A DNA stretch of 64,000 nucleotides, taken from a virus. The translations under genes and the position numbers were made by a program. Below the pieces are notes generated by a model. That model made no database searches. It worked only from the letters and a program-made list of their open reading frames with translations, and was not told the DNA's origin. This document shows, one piece after another, positions 57,348 to 64,000 of this stretch. Position 1 is the first letter of the stretch, and each line of letters starts with the position of its first letter. Where the stretch lies: the IMG/VR virus record IMGVR_UViG_3300044511_000090, positions 1-64,000 of that record; one strand, given 5' to 3'.

Positions 57348-57752
57348 TCAGCGGCGAATCAGAAGAAGCACGATAGTCGCCGCAAACGATACGCCAACCA
57401 GTAGGCCGAACAGGATTCGCCACTGGTTGGCGATTACATCTCTGATCTTTGAATCAGTCGCGGAAATGAACTCTCTGCACATCAGTTCGCTTCGCAGATC
57501 GCTCAATATCACGTCCATGTCTACTTCGCTGAACGACACAGCCGGGATTCCTATTCGGTTCAGTTCATTGACAGTGGCATTGTGGAACAGCTTGCAAGAC
57601 AGGATCACCGCGTCTGGTTTTTTTATTCGCGCGAACTCAACAGCTTCAGAGGCATTGTCAAAGTTGCCGTCAACTCCATACCCAAGATCAATGAGTTGCC
57701 GAACAAGCTGAAGCCTCTTTTTGTCATCACGCTCTGCAACAACCAGCTTCAT
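57348..57752 (-). CDS. Pseudo-receiver domain with C-terminal TM helix
   Basis: KLVVAE.D...L..LGY.V......SEAVE.....KPDAVILS. Confidence 0.6.
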   Translation of the reverse strand: MKLVVAERDDKKRLQLVRQLIDLGYGVDGNFDNASEAVEFARIKKPDAVILSCKLFHNATVNELNRIGIPAVSFSEVDMDVILSDLRSELMCREFISATDSKIRDVIANQWRILFGLLVGVSFAATIVLLLIRR

Positions 57753-58481
57753 CGTGTCCTCGCAAACTTTGGCTCGTCGGAATCATCTTTGATTTTCTTC
57801 GTGAATGGAATGTACCCGTTATTGGTCCGATTTTTTTTTTGGCGCTTCTTGGAAAGTTCTGAGAATATCTCGAACACCATCAGGATACTGCCCATGATGG
57901 TGAACGAGATGAGGAACAGTTTTATCGGGATGACAAGATCGGAGCTCATTTGCGTGCGCCTTATTTGGCAGGAATTTTGTGCGCAGACCCGTTCTTGTCA
58001 GAAGAGAGAGACGATCCCCAGGAATGCTGCCTCTTTTCCTGGACCTCATACAGAACCGACTTCGCAAGCTCTTTGATTTTGAAAGACTTCTCTTTTTGAA
58101 TGCGAGAATACTTGATCCATTGGAACATCCAGATTGCAGCAACGATTCCCAGAATAATCCAGGACAAAAGATTAACGACTGTCGAGAAATCAGGATTCAT
58201 TTTCCACCGTCAGTTTTGAGGATGTCATGGATCACTTTCCAGTATGCTTCAACGCTTTTGACTTCCAGCCGCATTTGATTTATTGAGTCGGAGACCTTTC
58301 CGCCAGTGTCTTCGATTCCAGAAGCAACTTCTTTGATCGCATCTGCCATATCCGAGATAGCTTCTCCGTGCTTCTCCTCTTGATGCCGATGATGCCTGAG
58401 AATCAGGTACAAACACACGATCCCAAACACGGCAGCAGCGCCTGACGGACCAAGCGCGAGCAGCTTTTCTAGGATGTCCAT
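57749..58481 (-). other. Three small single-TM genes (57749-57949, 57961-58200, 58197-58481), holin-like block
   Basis: Each has one hydrophobic helix; the last is TM plus coiled coil. Confidence 0.5.
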
Positions 58482-58640
58482 GATTTGTGACACTGATTCA
58501 CTCACACGGGGTTTGTGCTGGTTCGTACAGATAGTTGCCAGGGACAGAAGGAGGAACACATGATGTTCCAACAGGGCAAGCGTGCGGCCTCATTGGATCA
58601 ACCGACCACTCTTCTCCGTCCCAAAACCATTCGCACTGGA

Positions 58641-59120
58641 TCATTTTTGCCTCTTGAGCTTATCGACGTGTACTGAGCAGGCCATGTCTCCGCCTCGTTG
58701 ACCGGCAATAAACTCGCCCATAGCGCCTTCTGTGTCGCCACGCTTTTTCAGTATCAGGCCGCGAATCAGATGGGCGCGATTGCGAGATGCTGAATCCAAC
58801 AACAGAGGCCGTCGAGTGTAAAAGAATGCGCCTTCGTCGTCTCCAAGGTGCATACAGCATTCTGCCGAATCGAGGTCTCTGGAATGGTGCTTGAAGATTT
58901 TCAATGCTTCGGCGTATTCCCGCTTTGACATATGCAGGTTTGCCTTGCCTATGTCAGAAACCTTGACCTGTTCCATGCTTTGCACCAGTGGAAGTAGAAC
59001 CACAAACGAAAGAAGCGATGCAGCAATGACTGCGGATCGCTTAGCTCTTATCGCAAGCCCGCACACGATGGCGGCAAATGCGATTCCGGCAACGATAACG
59101 GCGTGCTGCATGTCGAACAT
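58641..59120 (-). CDS. Membrane-anchored TPR-like protein
   Basis: Two TM segments, then AHLIRGLILKKRGDTEGAMGEF. Confidence 0.55.
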   Translation of the reverse strand: MFDMQHAVIVAGIAFAAIVCGLAIRAKRSAVIAASLLSFVVLLPLVQSMEQVKVSDIGKANLHMSKREYAEALKIFKHHSRDLDSAECCMHLGDDEGAFFYTRRPLLLDSASRNRAHLIRGLILKKRGDTEGAMGEFIAGQRGGDMACSVHVDKLKRQK

Positions 59121-59250
59121 TCGCCCCTGCTTATCGAGTCAGTGTCGGACAGTGGCTTGTAGCACTTCTTGCACTTCGGCTTGTTAGCACAGTCACAAGG
59201 CCAAGTGTTGAAGCAGTACAAACACACTGTCGGCGAAGGATCGTGCATAA

Positions 59251-59322
59251 TCGCAGAGGTGGGAATCGAACCCACTATCTGCTGGTTATGAGCCAGCCGA
59301 GATGCCAATTCTCTACTCTGCT
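59251..59322 (-). tRNA. tRNA-Met(CAT), initiator-like
   Basis: AGCAGAG/CTCTGCG acceptor with 1:72 mismatch, GCTGG-CTCATAA-CCAGC anticodon arm, GGTTCGATTCC; TTGACA-N18-TATAAA promoter at 59401-59430 (minus strand). Confidence 0.9.
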
Positions 59323-59442
59323 ACAGGCTTCTGGCCACTTCATTTCCTTTAAGCCAAGCGGCACTACTTCGGCGGTTCAAGACGAAGCTGAAGCCTGCAA
59401 TTTATAGGGATAAAATCAAGCAACTGTCAAAGATAGGTAGGA

Positions 59443-59775
59443 CTAAGAGCCAAATGGCCCAACGTGCGGATAGTTCGGTTTGACTTGCTCGTGAAGGAAT
59501 GCACCCTTGCTGCTGGCCTTCATCATTTCCTTGTACACTTCAAAAGGCGCAGATGTGTAAAAGTAAACGCTGCCACTGCCGTCTTTCGACTTGAACCAAA
59601 CACCAAGTCCGTGCTTTACTTGGTCCTCTTCCTCAGACTTCCAGCAGATGTGCCCGATGTTGGAAGAACTAACCGGAGTCCAACTCGATGCCTGCTGCAT
59701 CTGTTGGGCCTTGAACTTGGTTATCGAGTCCTTTCGGACGAGGCGACCGCCACGGAAAAATGGCTTCGTTGCCAC
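59443..59775 (-). CDS. KTSC domain protein
   Basis: WTPVSSSNIG...L.V.F...Y.Y...P.EVY.EMM.A.SKG.F....VK..Y. Confidence 0.8.
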   Translation of the reverse strand: MATKPFFRGGRLVRKDSITKFKAQQMQQASSWTPVSSSNIGHICWKSEEEDQVKHGLGVWFKSKDGSGSVYFYTSAPFEVYKEMMKASSKGAFLHEQVKPNYPHVGPFGS

Positions 59776-60227
59776 TATCGGATGCTCCTGACGTAGAACG
59801 AGTAATCGCCATAGGTCACAGTAGTTGAACCGTCCGTTACTTTCCAGTAACGACGCCACATTCCATCGGTGTCAAGATCGCTTGCCGATGTCGTGAATCC
59901 CCAAACATACGTCGATATGCTTGAGCCTGTCTTTGGGATGACAGTACCATCTGGCTTAACGAGGTACAAAGTCGCGGCAGTCAACACCCATGCCACGCCT
60001 CCCTTTGTGGTATTCGTCACCCGGAATCGCTTGATGTCGCCAACGAAGTAAACACGAGAGTCTTTGATCATTCTGGCCCCCGTCTCCGTGTCTCCAACAT
60101 TGAACGTATCGTCAATGTCGTAGTCAACGTCGAAAGTGTCGTCGATGACCGGAATATCATCGGCCTCTTCGGTGTCCCAAGAGGAGCCCCATGACGAGCC
60201 CCAAGAGCTTCCCCATGTCGATGGCAC
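59775..60227 (-). CDS. Virion-associated Ig-like protein
   Basis: WGSSWG repeat; KPDGT...DLDTDG.W. Confidence 0.55.
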   Translation of the reverse strand: MPSTWGSSWGSSWGSSWDTEEADDIPVIDDTFDVDYDIDDTFNVGDTETGARMIKDSRVYFVGDIKRFRVTNTTKGGVAWVLTAATLYLVKPDGTVIPKTGSSISTYVWGFTTSASDLDTDGMWRRYWKVTDGSTTVTYGDYSFYVRSIR

Positions 60228-60230
60228 GTT

Positions 60231-63026
60231 TTACCCTGGACCCCAATAATTTCCAGACTGGCCATTCCCAGTTACGAGAACATCGTTACACCTTTGGATA
60301 TTTGCGTCCACATGGCCTGCAACTGTGAACGTCAGGCTGTCTGTTTTGGCCTTGATTGCCACAATGCTCGAATTGGCCGTCAGAGCATCGTCGCATTCGC
60401 TCTGGACCTCGGCATCCCAACTTGGATTCCATGCCATCGAGTTCGAGGTAACAGTAAGCGTGTTGACCTGGAACGCGGCCGATGCCCCGCCATGCGAGAC
60501 ATTGGCCAACTGGACTGTCGGATTGCCGCTTGAAAGGGCATTTGGCGTCGAACCGACCCAAGAGCCGATGTCAACTCTTCCGAACGGCACAACGGCAAAT
60601 GTGCTCGACGAATCAGGGTTTGTAGCCCAGTTCGGCTCAATGGTAGCAACTTTCGTTGAACCGACGTAATCGCTTACCCTTCGGCACTGCCCAGCGCCAG
60701 TTCCACCAGTGATGTAAACCCATGCGTCGTTGTAGTAGTCATCGGTCGAACTTGCCGAAGCATCCAGCGTGATTGTGCCAGCAGACCCGGTTTGAGCAGT
60801 GCTGCTCCTGATTGTCTGCAATCCGGTATCTGCCGCAAACGTAGCACGATCAATAGCCCCGTCTGCGATAGACGCAGCAGTGATTGCACCGGCAGCAAAT
60901 GTGCCGACGTAGCAATCGACTCTTCCGCTTTGGAGAGAGTTCGGCGTAGTGCCAAGCCATGAGCCAACATCCACTCTTCCGAATGCTTTGATTGCAAACG
61001 TGCTGGTATTGTCTGGGTTGGTTGTCCAGTTCGGCTCAATCGTGGCAACTTTGGTAGAGCCGACGTAATCTGAGATTCGTCGAATCTGCCCAACTCCGGT
61101 GTTGGCCGTGATGTAGACCCACGTATCGTTGTAGTAATCGTCCGTAGAAGACGCACTTGCATCAAGCGTGATCGTACCAGCAGCGCCAGCCTGTGCTGTG
61201 TTGCTTCTCACGGTCTGCAAACCAGTGTCGGCAGCGAATGTGGCCCGGTCGATTGCGCCATCGGCAATCTCTGACGCACCAATTGCGTTGGCTGCAATTT
61301 GAGAAGCGCCGATGCAATCTGCTGCCAAAACGCTTGACGTGATGACATTGTTTGCAGCCGCCTGCATGTTGCTGTCCATTCGGCCAGAAACCAGCGCCGC
61401 TGGCAACCTGCTCTGAATGTCTTGGGTATCGGTTTCGATGTCGATTTCTTTGTCTCTGACCGCCTCAAGGCTGTCGGTCGTGTTGTCGTAGCTGCTGTAA
61501 GCCGGTGTTGCCGACTTGCTGTGCAGTTTCGCCCACAGCGAAGAGTTGGCAACAATGCTGCCAGGATCAGCCACTTGGATCAGGTGGTCAAGCTGAATAT
61601 CGGACAAAGCAGTATCAACAGTGGCATTGATTTCCGCAATCGCATCTGCTGCCAGAGCGTCGGCATCGATTGCGTCTGTTGCGATAGAAGCAGCCGTGAT
61701 GCCTCCAGATGAAACAGAGCCGATAGAACCAGAAAGATTTCCGGTTATGTTTCCAGTGATGTTAGCTGTCATCGTATCATCAACAACAACCGTCGTTGTT
61801 CTAACTCCCTTGCCAGTTCCAGGTCCACCAGCACCACAAATTTGCAACCCATAAACACTTGCTGTGCCACCAAAAATATTTATCCCAACACCACCAGAAC
61901 TTCCGCCTTGGAATAGAGCGCCTATTCCTGTTCCAGATGATGTCACTTGCAAACCAGCAGTTCCACCACTAGCTGTAGATGAAATCGTCAATCCAGGAGT
62001 GGTGGTACTTGAAAATGTTGTCCCACCTGTTATCGCCAAAGAATGGAGAGTAATAAGACCAGAAGAGACAACATTGTTGAAGTCCAATCCTGCCTCACCA
62101 GTCGAGGCCACATCCAGCGTCCTGTTCATTACAGTCGGCTTCAGTGCCCGATCAGCAATGATCGTCACGATGTCAGTCGTGGCCATCGTGAACACTGCCG
62201 GGTCTGTGCGAAGTGTGACAGTCTTCGTCGAGCCAGTGTAGTCATCGACCACGGCGACAGCCTTCTGCGCGGCCGTGCTCGCGTCCTCGATCACGATGAT
62301 GCAATCGTTGTAGGCGTCGTTGTCTGACGATCCCTCCGTGAGAGTGAACGACGTTTGACTTGCCAGCGTTGCAATCGTTGTTCGCTGCAAGACTTGGCCA
62401 TATCCCGTACCGTCAAATTGCTTTTCAAGATTATCGGCAGCGGCTGTGTCTCCAGAGATAGCCGTCGCGTCCGAATCCATCTTGCCACTGACAAGCGCAG
62501 CAGGAAGCCTGGACTGAATATCCTGCGTGTCGGTTTCAACATCTGTTGCCGTCTTGACAGTTGTGCCGCTAAGAGTAACAGTCGTTGTCGGACTTCCAAC
62601 ATTTGCCCAATCGACACCGGCTTCACCGCCTGAAGAAACATCCAACTTGCGGCCAGCAGTCGTTGGCCTCAGCGAATATCCAAGAGCAAGGTAGTACGTG
62701 AATCGAACAGTCTGTCCGTCCACTGTGATCGAATTGATATTCACCCAGTATTGCGCGCCATCAGCCCAAAACCCGGCATCAGAATTATCCGACGTATCGA
62801 TGCTGAATCCGTGAAGGCCAACCGTGCCATCAAAGTCGATGCCGTAAGTATCGAGAAGCGTGTATCCGTTGTCGCTGGTACGCTGAGTAGTTGAACCGTT
62901 TTTATAGCATTCTATGTCAGTTACAGCGAAATTTGTTATTGTAACAGACGCACCGCTGCTGTCATAGGCATCAAACGGGAAATAGATTGTATCGCCTGAA
63001 TTGAAGCAGGCTGGCATTACAAACAT
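60231..63026 (-). CDS. Large modular structural (tail/fibre-like) protein with internal repeats
   Basis: 931 aa, A/T/S/D/G-rich; duplicated ~125-aa DDYYND module and DTQDIQSRLPAALVSG repeats. Confidence 0.7.
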   Translation of the reverse strand: MFVMPACFNSGDTIYFPFDAYDSSGASVTITNFAVTDIECYKNGSTTQRTSDNGYTLLDTYGIDFDGTVGLHGFSIDTSDNSDAGFWADGAQYWVNINSITVDGQTVRFTYYLALGYSLRPTTAGRKLDVSSGGEAGVDWANVGSPTTTVTLSGTTVKTATDVETDTQDIQSRLPAALVSGKMDSDATAISGDTAAADNLEKQFDGTGYGQVLQRTTIATLASQTSFTLTEGSSDNDAYNDCIIVIEDASTAAQKAVAVVDDYTGSTKTVTLRTDPAVFTMATTDIVTIIADRALKPTVMNRTLDVASTGEAGLDFNNVVSSGLITLHSLAITGGTTFSSTTTPGLTISSTASGGTAGLQVTSSGTGIGALFQGGSSGGVGINIFGGTASVYGLQICGAGGPGTGKGVRTTTVVVDDTMTANITGNITGNLSGSIGSVSSGGITAASIATDAIDADALAADAIAEINATVDTALSDIQLDHLIQVADPGSIVANSSLWAKLHSKSATPAYSSYDNTTDSLEAVRDKEIDIETDTQDIQSRLPAALVSGRMDSNMQAAANNVITSSVLAADCIGASQIAANAIGASEIADGAIDRATFAADTGLQTVRSNTAQAGAAGTITLDASASSTDDYYNDTWVYITANTGVGQIRRISDYVGSTKVATIEPNWTTNPDNTSTFAIKAFGRVDVGSWLGTTPNSLQSGRVDCYVGTFAAGAITAASIADGAIDRATFAADTGLQTIRSSTAQTGSAGTITLDASASSTDDYYNDAWVYITGGTGAGQCRRVSDYVGSTKVATIEPNWATNPDSSSTFAVVPFGRVDIGSWVGSTPNALSSGNPTVQLANVSHGGASAAFQVNTLTVTSNSMAWNPSWDAEVQSECDDALTANSSIVAIKAKTDSLTFTVAGHVDANIQRCNDVLVTGNGQSGNYWGPG

Positions 63027-63029
63027 TGC

Positions 63030-63227
63030 TTACCTCTGCTTCTGAAGCTCAGTGATCAGTTTGCCCTGTTCAGCAAGTTTCTCGTCTCGCATCTTTGCGT
63101 CTTGCCGAGCCTGAAGGTATCTGGCGGCAAGTTCGTCATGATCAGCCGACTTTAGCAATTCAAGGTTCTTGGCCCTGTTTGCCTTGAGTTCTGCAAAAGT
63201 CTGGTTCTCAATCTCTACAAAGTTCAT
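63030..63227 (-). CDS. Small coiled-coil protein
   Basis: GGAG SD. Confidence 0.55.
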   Translation of the reverse strand: MNFVEIENQTFAELKANRAKNLELLKSADHDELAARYLQARQDAKMRDEKLAEQGKLITELQKQR

Positions 63228-63238
63228 CGCTGCTCCAA

Positions 63239-63781
63239 TCAGATTTTTCCACCTAACTTGCCAGCGAACTTGCCAACAGTCTTCAAGACTCCGCCACCCG
63301 TGTAGTACACAGTCATCTGGACGTAATCGACCTTGGCAAGAAACGCAAAACTATCGTAGAACATGCCGTATCCGACCTTGATTCCGTTAATCGTCGATCC
63401 TGAAGGAATCACACTGAAGTCGAAGTTCGTTGCCTTCAAGTATTCGGATGCGTTTACCCCGTCCCACACAGCAAGCACGCAGCCAAAGTTGCTTGCTTTC
63501 ACCTGCGCCGCAGTAGGAGTAAGCCCCCAAAGAATCGCCGCTCCTCCGTAATTCAATAGCGTTTCGCTGCCCGGCAAAGCAGCCGCATTGTCAGATGCTC
63601 TGTTGTCTCCAGACACCGACCCGGAAACAACCAGTTTCACCACTTCTACGTCTGTCATCAGTGAAACAGTGGCATAAGAGCCATCGTCTGACGTAGCGTT
63701 GGTAGGGTTCGACCATGCGCTCGAACCGTGGCTGTTGTCACTTGCAAGTGTTCCTGGCGCTACTGTTCCAGTGTCAGCCAT
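63239..63781 (-). CDS. Putative virion protein
   Basis: AWSNPTNA..DDGSYA...SEYLKATNFDFS.IPSGSTINGI.V. Confidence 0.6.
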   Translation of the reverse strand: MADTGTVAPGTLASDNSHGSSAWSNPTNATSDDGSYATVSLMTDVEVVKLVVSGSVSGDNRASDNAAALPGSETLLNYGGAAILWGLTPTAAQVKASNFGCVLAVWDGVNASEYLKATNFDFSVIPSGSTINGIKVGYGMFYDSFAFLAKVDYVQMTVYYTGGGVLKTVGKFAGKLGGKI

Positions 63782-64000
63782 TCCAAGCCCTCGTCGTTAC
63801 CATTTATAGGGCTAAGAAGAATACAACTGCAATTTGGGTACGATCAGCCTAGTACGCCGTTGTCACAGAAAAACAAACGCCAATCAACACAGCCGATCCA
63901 TCGGCAGCGCCAAGCAAAACACGGTTTTCAACTTCCCGATCTGTCGTATCGGCGATGCCATCAGGAACAATCGTGATGATCACGGCCTATTACCTCTTCT

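Noticed and set aside
61910-61928. GGAATAG-AGCGC-CTATTCC as another copy of the 23-bp palindrome
   Set aside because: Different arm sequence and spacing, inside coding sequence; probably coincidental
1-64000. Integrase, portal, major capsid, DNA polymerase, cas or RT genes
   Set aside because: No supporting motifs seen in this window; lifestyle cannot be determined

Overview
This window is part of a tailed dsDNA phage genome, most likely one infecting Planctomycetota (Gemmatales-like). The host inference rests on three TIGR02996-type 'DAPRLVYADWLEE' domains and an RTX protein that starts with the planctomycete-type 'LELLESRETP' motif. Layout: (1) intein-laden terminase large subunit (106-3876); (2) a minus-strand accessory block with two sigma-like proteins, free-standing HNH endonucleases, a methyltransferase and the small terminase (4-15.8 kb); (3) a putative terminus/control region at 19.5-19.9 kb; (4) a long plus-strand early/recombination/replication region with many small genes, an AAA module, SMC-like and GHKL ATPases, ERF, YqaJ, ParB-like and helicase genes (20-53.7 kb); (5) a peptidase/membrane block; (6) a minus-strand structural block with tRNA-fMet. 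The most striking signals: an intein whose HNH endonuclease is encoded in a second reading frame with its own leaderless promoter; two free-standing HNH genes that sit inside host genes and supply a replacement 3' end, in one case a synonymously recoded copy (19/19 aa identical, 15/19 codons different); a Ycf46-like AAA+ ATPase whose Walker B segment precedes its Walker A segment; a dispersed 23-bp palindrome fused to stop codons; and several candidate structured RNAs, including an atypical tRNA-Ala. Family and DUF names come from recalled motifs, not database searches, and all RNA structures were paired by eye.
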